64,000 nt of DNA from an uncultured delta proteobacterium (lineage in GTDB: Bacteria > Desulfobacterota > Desulfobacteria > Desulfobacterales > JAHEIW01), in contig CAVPNL010000001.1 of the NCBI GenBank assembly GCA_963706575.1, forward strand, positions 448,001 through 512,000, read 5' to 3'. The notes beneath the pieces were generated by a model. The model made no database searches, was not told the origin of the DNA, and saw only the letters and a list, made by a program, of their open reading frames with translations. The translations under genes and the position numbers were made by a program. How positions within the stretch are numbered: position 1 is the stretch's first letter; each line of letters begins with the position of its first letter. Shown here in pieces: positions 9,230-19,172 of the stretch.

Positions 9230-10897
9230 CTACTTTGACTGTGAGGAGTTATCGTTAGCCTTGAACTTTTTTTTCATGAAATCCGCAAGATCGGAAGCGT
9301 CAAAAGTCAAGTTTTGTTCTTTTTTAAATTTCAGCAAATCGGTATTTACTGCTGAAGCACTCTGATATCTATTATCTTTTTGTTTTTCCAGGCATTTCAT
9401 CACAATGCGGTTTAATTCTTCCGGAATATCGGGCACTGACATGCTTAACGGTTTAATATCCATTTGCGGTATCATCCGGATTGCATCAATATCATTTTTA
9501 AACGTGTATACTCTTTTTCCGGTAAGCGTTTCATAAAAAACAAGGCCCAGGGCGTAAATGTCCGCTCTGTGGTCGATCGGTTCTCCCAGAGCCTGTTCGG
9601 GCGACAAATAGGCCATTTTCCCTTTAACAACACCCGCCTGGGTTAAACTTGGCTCTGACCTTGCCTTGGAGATTCCAAAATCACTTATTTTCACTTCTCC
9701 TTGATAAGAAACCAGCAGGTTTTGAGGACTGATGTCGCGATGGACGATATGAAAAGGTTCTCCGGTGTTTTCATCCTTTTTGGTGTGGGAATAATCCAGG
9801 CCTTTGCAAATCTGGGAGATAACAAAAGCAGCATGGTCAAATGGGAGGCCCCGTTTCAAAGCAGAGAGGATTTGCCCTAAATTCTTGCCGTCGATGTACT
9901 CCATGGCGATAAAATAAGCATTTTCTATTTTGCCGTAATCGAAGATTTGGACCACGTTCGGATGTTGCAATAGGGCGGCAACCCTTGCTTCACGGGTAAA
10001 CATCTTAATAAAATTCCTATTTCCCGCAAGATGCGGTAGGATCCGCTTAATGGCTACCTTTCTTTTAAACCCGTCGCGACGAACGTAATCTGCCAGAAAC
10101 AGTTCGGCCATTCCTCCGCGGGCAACCTTTTTATGCAAAAGGTAAGGACCGATGCGGTCCATTTTTTCGATATCCTGCTGCACCTGAAGTGCCTTGGCCT
10201 TGGCGTGCCTATCCAATAGGAATAAGCTGCCCCCCAACATGATTATGGTCAACAAGACACCCGATAGATATAAAAACCGCAATCGATTCAGGTTGCCATT
10301 TAGATTCGCAGTAGAAAGGACGACACAAACTTTACCGATTTCGACATCTGAAAAAATAATATTTTTAAAAAAACTGACAACCGCTGTTTTATCTGCTGAA
10401 ATTCCTGAAGTAATCTTGATCCCGTCTAGCGTGTCGATTGCTTTTTCATTTGGCAGCGGCTCAAATTTTTTATTCATCATGTCGGCGTTTGTGTGCGCTA
10501 GGATGTTGTTTTTGTGATCTGTTATGGCGGCAAATTTCAGATCGTCTAAATTTTGCAATTCTTTGATCGCCACATTGAGCGATAAGATGTCTTTTTCTAA
10601 AACGAACGGCCCGCTTTTAGACTCAAGCGTTTGGGTCTCAGAAAGTCCTTGCTTGAGGAAGGCATCATTTCTACTTTCAAACGTGTAGTGATAAAATAAA
10701 AAGCCGCTAAAATTGATGAGAAGCCAGATAGCCAGACAGATGGCGAATGATCTTCGGTTGCGTTCAATTAATTTTATGTTAGAAATACCCTGCATGCCTC
10801 TTGCTATTTTGGTAAAGGTGCTCGTTGAAATTTCTTTCACTTTAACCGCTGTCATTGTGGCAATTTCATTGACAAGCATGGAACACCTCCTTGCCAT
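9230..10897 (-). CDS. Membrane Hanks-type Ser/Thr kinase (TM - periplasmic domain - TM - kinase)
   Basis: RGGMAELF, VAIK, HRDISPQN, SDFG and YLSPE; two hydrophobic segments in the N-terminal half. Exact start uncertain. Confidence 0.92.
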   Translation of the reverse strand: MARRCSMLVNEIATMTAVKVKEISTSTFTKIARGMQGISNIKLIERNRRSFAICLAIWLLINFSGFLFYHYTFESRNDAFLKQGLSETQTLESKSGPFVLEKDILSLNVAIKELQNLDDLKFAAITDHKNNILAHTNADMMNKKFEPLPNEKAIDTLDGIKITSGISADKTAVVSFFKNIIFSDVEIGKVCVVLSTANLNGNLNRLRFLYLSGVLLTIIMLGGSLFLLDRHAKAKALQVQQDIEKMDRIGPYLLHKKVARGGMAELFLADYVRRDGFKRKVAIKRILPHLAGNRNFIKMFTREARVAALLQHPNVVQIFDYGKIENAYFIAMEYIDGKNLGQILSALKRGLPFDHAAFVISQICKGLDYSHTKKDENTGEPFHIVHRDISPQNLLVSYQGEVKISDFGISKARSEPSLTQAGVVKGKMAYLSPEQALGEPIDHRADIYALGLVFYETLTGKRVYTFKNDIDAIRMIPQMDIKPLSMSVPDIPEELNRIVMKCLEKQKDNRYQSASAVNTDLLKFKKEQNLTFDASDLADFMKKKFKANDNSSQSK

Positions 10898-10910
10898 ATG
10901 CGAATCCGGT

Positions 10911-11786
10911 TTAGATGGTCAATTTTTTAATAATCTCGGTGCAGCGTAATATGATCTGGCGTCTAATCCCTGAAAAATCTTCAGTTTTTGCGAGTTTGTA
11001 CGGATTATTTTTTGACGAATCAGCAATGTCTCCATCATTTACGCCATGTTTCGAGTCGCCGATAGCCAAAAATTTATCTAAATTTGATTGCCTGAACAGG
11101 GTATCCGATGGTGCATTCTGTGTTCCGCACAATGGGCAGGTGATACCAGATCTTATTAGCATTGAATCCATTTCGGTATCCGAATGGCTTAAATTAAAAT
11201 ATTTTCCCAGAAATGCTTTGATCGACTGATATCGAAATATGATTACTAAGAACAATAGTGTCAAACTGCTTAAGACGGCGATAATTGCAAATTGTCTTTG
11301 GGCTTGAAACGATTCAGGGGTCGATAGGCCAATGAAAATTTCTCCGATTTTGGTGCCGCTATAGGTTATTTCGGAGACGAAGTTAAGAATGCGGGCATGG
11401 CTTGCGAAACCCCCTTCCCAAATCGATACTTTTTCGATCGAACTGGCCCCTTCGGTCATATCCGGCATAAGATGCCCGGTACCGGTAAAGGCGACAACTT
11501 TATTTCGGTGATCAACAACAGAAGCGTAAATTACATCGGCTTTATTGGCCGCATCGGTGAGTAACTTGTGAATTGACTGAGAATTGTTTTCTAAAAGCGG
11601 CAGGCTGACAAGTTTGGAAAATTCATTTGTTATTTCGACGCCTGATTCTCTTAACTCGCCTTTACGATGATTTATGCGTAAGGCGATCACTGAATAAACA
11701 ATAAGCATGACCAGCCACCATGCGGCCAGACCAACAAGCAAATAGCGGGTGTTTAAATGGTTGCCGAGTCGCTGGATCGAATTCAT
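10911..11786 (-). CDS. Two-TM membrane protein with a periplasmic sensor-like domain and cytoplasmic CPLC motif
   Basis: Two hydrophobic stretches; the periplasmic segment aligns by eye with that of the adjacent kinase. Confidence 0.65.
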   Translation of the reverse strand: MNSIQRLGNHLNTRYLLVGLAAWWLVMLIVYSVIALRINHRKGELRESGVEITNEFSKLVSLPLLENNSQSIHKLLTDAANKADVIYASVVDHRNKVVAFTGTGHLMPDMTEGASSIEKVSIWEGGFASHARILNFVSEITYSGTKIGEIFIGLSTPESFQAQRQFAIIAVLSSLTLLFLVIIFRYQSIKAFLGKYFNLSHSDTEMDSMLIRSGITCPLCGTQNAPSDTLFRQSNLDKFLAIGDSKHGVNDGDIADSSKNNPYKLAKTEDFSGIRRQIILRCTEIIKKLTI

Positions 11787-12163
11787 TTGGCGTTTTTCTC
11801 CCTTAAGTTTTTGGGTGATGGTTGGGTTCCATATGCCGTCCTGAATTTTTTATGGCGAAAGATCTGTTTGAGACGGTCAACACTACCATATTAACCTTAA
11901 CAAATTATTATGGTCCAAAACCAAAGTCAAGCAAATTAACTGCCGGGAATTTTTAGAATTTGATTGTTCAAAATGCGAATAGCGTTCCAATATTTCAATG
12001 CGAATCGCTAATTTGCCGAAAATGATATTTAATTTGACAAGCACCTAAAAATAAGCCTAGGATAATGGGTTAAATATTTGTAAACCAAACGACCAGGCAG
12101 ATTTAGGTGCCTGCTGTTTGAATAATCCTGATTTGTTGGTTCATCTTTTTACCGAGGGCTGCC

Positions 12164-13213
12164 ATGTTTGCTTATGTTATTGCTCAATTTCAGGTGAACT
12201 TGCGTTTGAATAGTCCTAAAATTGTATTCATTTGCGTATTCATCGGAATAACTTCGCTTGTTTTCAACTCCTGTGCGCCAACCCGAACAACAACTCAACC
12301 TGTAAATGCAAATGCTTTTCGTTCCGAGGATTATGTTGTTTACCAGCTAAAAGAAAACGAAACACCTGCTGATCTGGCAGCAAAATTCTTGGGAGGCCAA
12401 AAAAAATCATGGATAATTGAAGAGGCCAATCCCGGGACTCGGTTCCGCAACGGGAACGCTGTCGTGATTCCGTTGAAAGATAAAAATAGGGGAGGGCTGA
12501 GTGCCGATGGATTTCAAACCATACCGATATTGACGTATCACCGGTTTGCCGAAAATTGCAGTTCTCCTCTCTGCATGCCGGCAAAAACCTTTGAGCGCCA
12601 AATGCGGTACTTAAAGGAAAATGGGTATCATGTGATAACAGCTGAAGACCTGGTTGCCTTTCTTGAATATCGTCAGGGGCTTCCAAAAAAATCTGTGCTC
12701 ATCACCATGGATGATGGCTATCGCTCCGTCTATAATATTGCCTATCCGATCCTTAACAAATACGGGTTCAAGGCGACTTTATTTATCTATACTAATTTTG
12801 TCGGGGTTTCCAAAATGGCCATTACCTGGAATCAACTCAAAGAAATGCAGACCAACGGCTTTACAATCGGTTCGCACACCATTTATCATAGTGATCTCAC
12901 CAACCCCAAAGAGGGCGAATCAGAACAGGAACATATTGCCAGGGTTAAAGAGGAACTCAATGGATCTAAAAAAATAATTGATCACAAATTAGGCCAGGAC
13001 ACCTATTTTTTGGCGTATCCGTTCGGTTATTATGATCAAAGATCGATTCAGATGGCCAAAGCGGCGGGGTACAAATTAGCAATGTCAGTAAAAAGAGGGG
13101 GCAATGCCTTTTTCGCAAATCCCTTGACATTAAGAAGAGATCAGATATTGGAAAAGGACATGCAGTCATTCGTTTCAAGGCTGAAAACTTTTAATCATCT
13201 TTTGTTAAAGTGA
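12164..13213 (+). CDS. Polysaccharide deacetylase (CE4/NodB) lipoprotein with N-terminal LysM-like domain
   Basis: PILTYH, ITMDDGY, GSHTIYH and AYPFG motifs; lipobox-like FNSC; LysM-like YQLKENETPADLAAKFLG. Start uncertain. Confidence 0.85.
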   Translation: MFAYVIAQFQVNLRLNSPKIVFICVFIGITSLVFNSCAPTRTTTQPVNANAFRSEDYVVYQLKENETPADLAAKFLGGQKKSWIIEEANPGTRFRNGNAVVIPLKDKNRGGLSADGFQTIPILTYHRFAENCSSPLCMPAKTFERQMRYLKENGYHVITAEDLVAFLEYRQGLPKKSVLITMDDGYRSVYNIAYPILNKYGFKATLFIYTNFVGVSKMAITWNQLKEMQTNGFTIGSHTIYHSDLTNPKEGESEQEHIARVKEELNGSKKIIDHKLGQDTYFLAYPFGYYDQRSIQMAKAAGYKLAMSVKRGGNAFFANPLTLRRDQILEKDMQSFVSRLKTFNHLLLK

Positions 13214-13220
13214 GAAAACC

Positions 13221-14900
13221 ATGAAAAACAAAGCAGGAATTATCAGCGTTGTCTTTTTGCTTGTTCTGGTGGTGGGGTGCTCGACATTTGGCACCAAATC
13301 TCCGGAAACGCTTGCCAAAGAGTATATGGAAAAAGCACAGCAATATGAGAAAAAGGGTGATCTGGTTGAGGCTTTGAAGCAATACAAACTTGTTCTCACG
13401 GTGGATCCTGCAAATCAGCTGGCCCAGCAAAAAAGGGCAGCGCTCGAGCCGCAACTCCAAAAACTGGCTGATGAGCATTACAAAAACGGTATCAAGTTTT
13501 ATAACAAGGGCGAATACGGTCAGGCGCGCAAAGAGTTTTTAACTGCACTGCGATATAATCCCGAGCATGCGAATGCAAAAGCGAAACTAACGGCGACGAG
13601 CAAAGATTTAGGGCAGGTCAAAAGATATATTGTCCACACCGTTCAAGCAGACGAAAGTATTTCAACATTGGCCGAACGTTATTATGGCGATTATCGGAAG
13701 TTTCATTTCATTGCCGAGTACAACGAACTGGAGGATGCCACCCAGGTTAGAGTCGGTCAGGATATTAAAATTCCCGTTATTGAAGGCGTTCCGATTATTA
13801 CCGATCCTGCGGCAATTCAGACGGATCCGGGTGAAACGGCTGAACCATTGCCCGGTGAAATCATAACGGTTAAACGATTTGTCATTCATACGGTCCAGCC
13901 TGAGGAAACGCTTTCAAAACTGGCCAAGATGTACTACGGCGACCTCAGCAAATTCGATGTGATTGCCAAATTCAATGATATTGGAACCAGTTTGAGAGTC
14001 GGCCAGGAGCTTAAAATCCCCGAAGTCGAGGGACTTCCATTTTTGGTTGAGGGTAAGGTGGAAGAAACAAAAACGGTTGCACTGCCTAAATCCCAACCTT
14101 TGACCGAAGCGGTAACTGAAAAACCAAAAGAGCCGGAGATCATCAAAAAGCCCATCACAATGGAAGATCAGACAGCCAATTATCGTGAACTCGGTATTGA
14201 ACTCTATAAAAACAAAGAATATTCAGATGCTATCATTGAACTCGATAAAGTCTTAAGCGTAAATCCTGCTGATCAAACGGCGCTGAACTATATGGCACTC
14301 GCTTATTTTGAAAAAGGCCGTCAATTGTTCGACAATAAAGCCTATTCCCAGGCTGAAAAGGAATTTGAAGCCTCCCTTAAATACAACGAGAACTGTCCCG
14401 ACTGCCGGGATTACATTAATAAAATCGAGAAAAAGAGAAGCGCGAACCTCAGTGACGAAGCAATCGCATTGTACAATCAAAAAAAATTCAAAGAAGCTAT
14501 TGTTAAATTTGAAGCAGTTGTGAAAAACGATCCGAAAGATTCCGAGGCGCTCGCATACCTTGAAAAATCTCATTTTCAACAAGGGCTGATTCTGTTTGGC
14601 AAAGAGGATTATTTGGCTGCCAGGGATGAGTTCAAAACGGCACTGGAATACAATAAAAAATGTGACCAATGCGAGAAGAATATTCGAAAAAGCGAGGATA
14701 CTTACAAGGAAGTTCACTATGATAAGGGGCTTGCGTACTTTGGCGATCAAAAATTAGCTGAGGCCATTCAGGAGTGGGAGTCTGTCTCGGCACTCGATCC
14801 GAATTACAAAGACGTAAACAAAAACCTCACAAAGGCAAAAACGCTTTACGAGCGTCTGGAAAGCATTAAGCGAAGCAAGACCCAGGAAAACACGCAGTAA
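13221..14900 (+). CDS. Lipoprotein with TPR repeats and two LysM domains
   Basis: Lipobox VVGC; HTVQADESISTLAERYYG and HTVQPEETLSKLAKMYYG; multiple TPR-like helices. Confidence 0.88.
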   Translation: MKNKAGIISVVFLLVLVVGCSTFGTKSPETLAKEYMEKAQQYEKKGDLVEALKQYKLVLTVDPANQLAQQKRAALEPQLQKLADEHYKNGIKFYNKGEYGQARKEFLTALRYNPEHANAKAKLTATSKDLGQVKRYIVHTVQADESISTLAERYYGDYRKFHFIAEYNELEDATQVRVGQDIKIPVIEGVPIITDPAAIQTDPGETAEPLPGEIITVKRFVIHTVQPEETLSKLAKMYYGDLSKFDVIAKFNDIGTSLRVGQELKIPEVEGLPFLVEGKVEETKTVALPKSQPLTEAVTEKPKEPEIIKKPITMEDQTANYRELGIELYKNKEYSDAIIELDKVLSVNPADQTALNYMALAYFEKGRQLFDNKAYSQAEKEFEASLKYNENCPDCRDYINKIEKKRSANLSDEAIALYNQKKFKEAIVKFEAVVKNDPKDSEALAYLEKSHFQQGLILFGKEDYLAARDEFKTALEYNKKCDQCEKNIRKSEDTYKEVHYDKGLAYFGDQKLAEAIQEWESVSALDPNYKDVNKNLTKAKTLYERLESIKRSKTQENTQ

Positions 14901-14915
14901 GGCCTTCGGCCTTCA

Positions 14916-15068
14916 GGTTCAAAGTTCAAAGTTCAAAGGTTCAGAGGTTAGCGGTCAGAAAACAGATACCAGGCTGCTGGCTTCTCGCTTCTTGCTTCTG
15001 GCCAGGAACCAGTGCCCAGAAGCCAGTAGCAGGTGATCTAAACCCTTGAACCCTGAACCTTTGAACCC
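14916..15068. repeat. Nested short-period inverted-repeat element between convergent genes
   Basis: Outer arms ggttcaaagttcaaagttcaaaggttcagaggtt / aacccttgaaccctgaacctttgaaccc. Inner arms ctgctggcttct... / ...agaagccagtagcag. A small hairpin aaggcc-ttc-ggcctt lies at 14899-14913. Confidence 0.8.
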
Positions 15069-15078
15069 TTTTTTGAAA

Positions 15079-17103
15079 TTACTTTTTAAAATTCGGCGGT
15101 CGCTTTTCCAGGAAAGCCGAGATGCCTTCTTTAGCAGCTTCCGTACAGGCAATTTCTCCGAATCCTTTATATCCGATTTCAAGGGCGTCATTGAAATTTG
15201 CAGTTGCCGCGCCTTCCTGGACCACTTTCACTGTGAGGGATACTGCTTCTTTGCTAAGCACCTGTCTGCCTGATTTGGGTTCCTCTGAAATTTTGAATTC
15301 AGGAATTTCAATCTTACTATCCGGAATGCCGCCTATTTTTCCCTGCAGGTGGTTAACCGCCTCAACAGCAGCTGAAATTAATGCGGCATAATCATCCACG
15401 ATTCGGGTAACCATGCCGACATCTGCGGCTTCTTCAACCCCGAGCGGCCGGCCCAGACAAATCATTTCATGAAACAGAGCGGCACCCTGGGGCCATTTGC
15501 GGTAGGGCACTACACAGCCGCCGATCCCCGGCAGGATCCCCAGCATGATTTCGGGGAACTGAAAGCTTGCGTTTTTCGTAGCGACTATCGCGTGACAGCG
15601 GATGGCCACTTCCAACCCGCCGCCAAGGGCAAATCCGTTGACGGCCGCCACCACGGGTCTTTGCATTTGATCCATATAAATCTGGACATTGGCGCAATCT
15701 CTGGCATACTGGGCCGAAGCTCGGGCATCTCCGAGCATTTCCGGAAATTTGCCGATGTCAGCCCCTGCTGAAAAAGCGGCTGTTCCGTAACCGGTGATGA
15801 CAAATCCCTTGACCGCCGGGTCGACTTCGAATTCCTTGAAAACGGACAGGATTTCGTCTGTCAGCTCTTCGTTGAGGGCATTCATGGCCTGCGGACGGCG
15901 GATGGTAATCACCTTGACGCCGTCGATATCATCTACCAGGACGAAGCGCTTGAAATCCTGATATGTTCCAAGCGCTTGCTGCGGCATCGGAAATCCCGGT
16001 CGTTCTGATTGAAAGCGGTCCATGATCCGCTTGACTTCATCTTCCCCCAGTTCCCGCATCAGATCCAGCGGCCCTTTGCGAAACCCCAGGGCTACCTGAC
16101 AACCGAAGTTGAGATCGGCTTTGGTTCCGATCCCGCGGTCGATAATATCGAAAGACTGTGAGAACAGGATGCCCAGCAGGCGGTCACGGACGGCCGACTT
16201 TATGTCTTGCGGAACTTCCACCGGGCTGCCGGGGCGGTGCGTGAGCCAGCGATCCACCGACGCCAGAATGGAGGCGGGCAGGTAATGGGTGCCTTCTTCC
16301 ATCTGCAGGCTGTTGGTTTCAATGATAATCGGATTTCCGTTGGTCATGTTCATGACAAAAAATGGTCCGGCAAAGACGAATTCTTCGGCGACTTTGTCAA
16401 TCTGGCCGGCGGTTGCCTGATCCAGTAAGTAGGCGGATTCGTTGCACCAGTTGTCAAAGATGCGGTTCAGTATAAAACAGATGGCGTTGTCGGTAATGAT
16501 GGGTGCTTTGCCGGTATTGGCAAAAAACCAGAACAGGTAATCCAGGGTCTCCTGGCTGCCTTTTTCCCAGGCGATGACCTCAACCGGAAGGCTTCTCCAG
16601 GCCGGCGCAAAAAAGTGGGTGATGGAGGTGCGCTGCGGGTTTTTCATATGGCAAAAGATTCTGTCAGCCGGGATTGAGGAGGTGTTTGAGGTGATGATGG
16701 TATCGGCACTGACAATATTTTCAACGGTTTCAAAAATTTTTTGTTTCAGCGGAATGGATTCGGTGGCAGCTTCGATGACCAGCTGGCAATTTTTAATCTG
16801 CTGGTAGTCGGTGGTATAGACGATATTTTCGCGAACTGCGGCTGCTTTTTCGGGCTTCAGCTTCTTTTTGTCGATGGCCTTATCCGTGTATCCGGCAATA
16901 CGCTGTTCCGCCAGTTGGAGCGGCTTCTCAACAACATCCACCAGATACAGCTTGCTGTTCGGAATGGCGCTTTTCAAATAATAACCGATATCCGGACCGA
17001 TGGTGCCGGCGCCGATGACAGCGATTTCATCCGGCAGCGATCTTGAAGGCTCAATCAGCAAAGGGTTAAATGCCGTTTGATAGAGTTTTTTTTCAGCGTT
17101 CAT
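15079..17103 (-). CDS. 3-hydroxyacyl-CoA dehydrogenase / enoyl-CoA hydratase fusion (IaaP-like)
   Basis: VIGAGTIG, IEAATE, SNTSSI and THFF, followed by a crotonase domain (FSAGADI, ALGGGLE, FPEIMLG). Confidence 0.9.
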   Translation of the reverse strand: MNAEKKLYQTAFNPLLIEPSRSLPDEIAVIGAGTIGPDIGYYLKSAIPNSKLYLVDVVEKPLQLAEQRIAGYTDKAIDKKKLKPEKAAAVRENIVYTTDYQQIKNCQLVIEAATESIPLKQKIFETVENIVSADTIITSNTSSIPADRIFCHMKNPQRTSITHFFAPAWRSLPVEVIAWEKGSQETLDYLFWFFANTGKAPIITDNAICFILNRIFDNWCNESAYLLDQATAGQIDKVAEEFVFAGPFFVMNMTNGNPIIIETNSLQMEEGTHYLPASILASVDRWLTHRPGSPVEVPQDIKSAVRDRLLGILFSQSFDIIDRGIGTKADLNFGCQVALGFRKGPLDLMRELGEDEVKRIMDRFQSERPGFPMPQQALGTYQDFKRFVLVDDIDGVKVITIRRPQAMNALNEELTDEILSVFKEFEVDPAVKGFVITGYGTAAFSAGADIGKFPEMLGDARASAQYARDCANVQIYMDQMQRPVVAAVNGFALGGGLEVAIRCHAIVATKNASFQFPEIMLGILPGIGGCVVPYRKWPQGAALFHEMICLGRPLGVEEAADVGMVTRIVDDYAALISAAVEAVNHLQGKIGGIPDSKIEIPEFKISEEPKSGRQVLSKEAVSLTVKVVQEGAATANFNDALEIGYKGFGEIACTEAAKEGISAFLEKRPPNFKK

Positions 17104-17197
17104 GGCGAGCATTCCTTTCCGGTAAAGTTGGGTTCAATTTATATCATTATTCGCAAAAATAAAGTAAAGAAACTGAAATAAAGCGCAAGATAATTTC

Positions 17198-17238
17198 CTT
17201 GACACGTTTTTGTATACCGTATACAAAAGTGTGTCAAG
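17198..17238. promoter_or_regulatory. 41-bp palindrome: two opposed -35 boxes around operator TGTATACCGTATACA
   Basis: CTTGACACGTTTTTGTATAC-C-GTATACAAAAGTGTGTCAAG, between divergent genes. Confidence 0.8.
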
Positions 17239-17439
17239 TTGGTGTAAACACCCATTTCTGAAAAGCTGGCGGGCGCATTCATTGCCTCAGCCGTTTTGCA
17301 TTTTTTGCGATCGTAAAGTCACAATTACACGCACGGTTTGAGATTTTGCGAGATTATGCATATCCATTCTTGCGATTCCATTAAAACTCCACAAAAATAT
17401 TATTGGCAATAGCAACACCAGTAAAAAAGGGGACATACC

Positions 17440-19020
17440 ATGAAAGTTTTAGTTAGTGACAATCTCGGAGAAGCTGGCATTCAGATGTTTGAAGAAGAAG
17501 CGGGATTTGAAGTGGATGTAAAAACCGGTCTTGAGCCTGATGAACTCAAGAAAATCATCGGAAACTATGATGCGCTGGTGATTCGCAGTGCTACCAAGGT
17601 TACGGAAGAGCTCCTGGAAGCGGCTGAAAAACTCAAGGTGGTGGGGCGGGCCGGGATCGGGCTGGATAATGTCGATATACCGGCTGCTACGAAACGGGGC
17701 GTTCTGGTGATGAATACGCCCACCGGTAACGTGGTAACCACCGCGGAGCATACGATTGCAATGATGATGGCGCTGACCCGCAATATCCCCTGGGGCACTT
17801 CGACGTTAAAAGATGGAAAATGGGAAAAGAAAAAACTGCAGGGACGTGAAATTTATAACAAAGTAATCGGTATCATCGGCTTAGGTAAAATCGGGTCCAT
17901 TGTCGCTGACCGTGCCCGCGGGTTAAAGATGCAGGTAATTGTTCACGATCCCTATATTCCGGATGAGCAGATTGAAAAGGCCGGTTTTGAAGCGGTGTCT
18001 GTAGAAGATTTATACCGCAGAGCAGATTACATCACGGTGCATGTGCCTAAATTAAAGGATACCCTGGGACTCATTAACAAAAGAGCCTTCGATCAAATGA
18101 AAGACGGCGTCATGATCATCAACTGCGCCCGCGGTGGAATTGTCGATGAGGCTGATTTGAACGAAGCCCTGAAATCTGGCAAGGTGGCCGGCGCTGCTCT
18201 GGATGTGTTTGAGAACGAGCCCCCCGGAGTTTGCCCGCTGTTTGAAATCGACCGGGTAATCTGCACGCCCCATCTGGGCGCTTCGACCCTGGAAGCCCAG
18301 ACCAATGTGGCCGTTATGGTGGCGGAACAGATCATTGCTTATCTAAGAGATGCAACGGTTATCAATGCCGTCAATGTTCCGCCGGTCAGTGGCGATTTGC
18401 TTGAAAAACTGAACCCCTATTTAACCCTGGCAGATCGTATGGGCTGTTTGCTGGCTCAGCTTTCACAGGGGGCAGTGAAAGAGATTTTGATCGAATATGC
18501 CGGTCATTTTGACGACCTGGATCTGTCTCCGGTCACCACGGCAGTTTTAAAAGGGCTGATGACCCCCATGATTAAAGACGATGTCAACTTTGTCAACGCG
18601 CAGGTTCTGGCGAAGGAACGCGGAATTAAGATTACAGAAGCCAAGATTACCGAGTCCGAAGAATATGTAAATTTGATTACCGTCAATGCGGTTTCCGAGG
18701 AAGGTAAAAACAAAGTTGCCGGAACGATATTCGGACGGAAAAATCCAAGGGTGGTCAACATTAACAATTTTCGCCTCGAATTGGAGCCGGTGAATCGTTT
18801 TGTCTTGATCCACAACCATGACAAACCCGGTGCCATCGGCAGTATCGGAACCCTTCTGGGAGAGAACAATATCAACATCAGCCGGATGCGGCTGGGCCAG
18901 GAAGAGGGCTCCGACAAGACCATGATATTTCTGCGGACCGATACACCGATACCTGAAGATGTGATTGAAAAAATGAGAGCATTGCCGCTGATGATCAGCG
19001 TGGCATCGTTTGAGCTCTAA
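17440..19020 (+). CDS. serA: D-3-phosphoglycerate dehydrogenase (with ASB and ACT domains)
   Basis: IRSATK, GRAGIGLDNVD, GLGKIG, NCARGG, TPHLGAST; C-terminal HDKPGAIG ACT domain. Confidence 0.93.
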   Translation: MKVLVSDNLGEAGIQMFEEEAGFEVDVKTGLEPDELKKIIGNYDALVIRSATKVTEELLEAAEKLKVVGRAGIGLDNVDIPAATKRGVLVMNTPTGNVVTTAEHTIAMMMALTRNIPWGTSTLKDGKWEKKKLQGREIYNKVIGIIGLGKIGSIVADRARGLKMQVIVHDPYIPDEQIEKAGFEAVSVEDLYRRADYITVHVPKLKDTLGLINKRAFDQMKDGVMIINCARGGIVDEADLNEALKSGKVAGAALDVFENEPPGVCPLFEIDRVICTPHLGASTLEAQTNVAVMVAEQIIAYLRDATVINAVNVPPVSGDLLEKLNPYLTLADRMGCLLAQLSQGAVKEILIEYAGHFDDLDLSPVTTAVLKGLMTPMIKDDVNFVNAQVLAKERGIKITEAKITESEEYVNLITVNAVSEEGKNKVAGTIFGRKNPRVVNINNFRLELEPVNRFVLIHNHDKPGAIGSIGTLLGENNINISRMRLGQEEGSDKTMIFLRTDTPIPEDVIEKMRALPLMISVASFEL

Positions 19021-19040
19021 TAAGAATAGATTGAATTTTT

Positions 19041-19138
19041 TACCGCCGAGAACACAGAGGGCACAGAGAAAATAACTAGAAATAATTTTATAAACTTCAT
19101 CATTATTAAAAGAATTAATCTCTGTGATCTCTGTGGTA
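19041..19138. repeat. 9-mer-period inverted-repeat element
   Basis: accgccgagaacacagagggcacagag ... ctctgtgatctctgtggt with an AT-rich spacer. Confidence 0.75.
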
Positions 19139-19172
19139 ATTAATAAAGAAAAAAATAAAGGGAAATAGATCT

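Noticed and set aside
7468..10897. Type VI secretion regulatory module (ppkA/pppA/fha)
   Set aside because: No tss genes are in the window, and the FHA domain is fused to a cyclase.
17240..17439. Riboswitch or ncRNA in the serA leader (also looked for a cobalamin riboswitch near the mutase)
   Set aside because: I recognised no conserved motif by eye; an Rfam/Infernal scan would be needed to exclude one.
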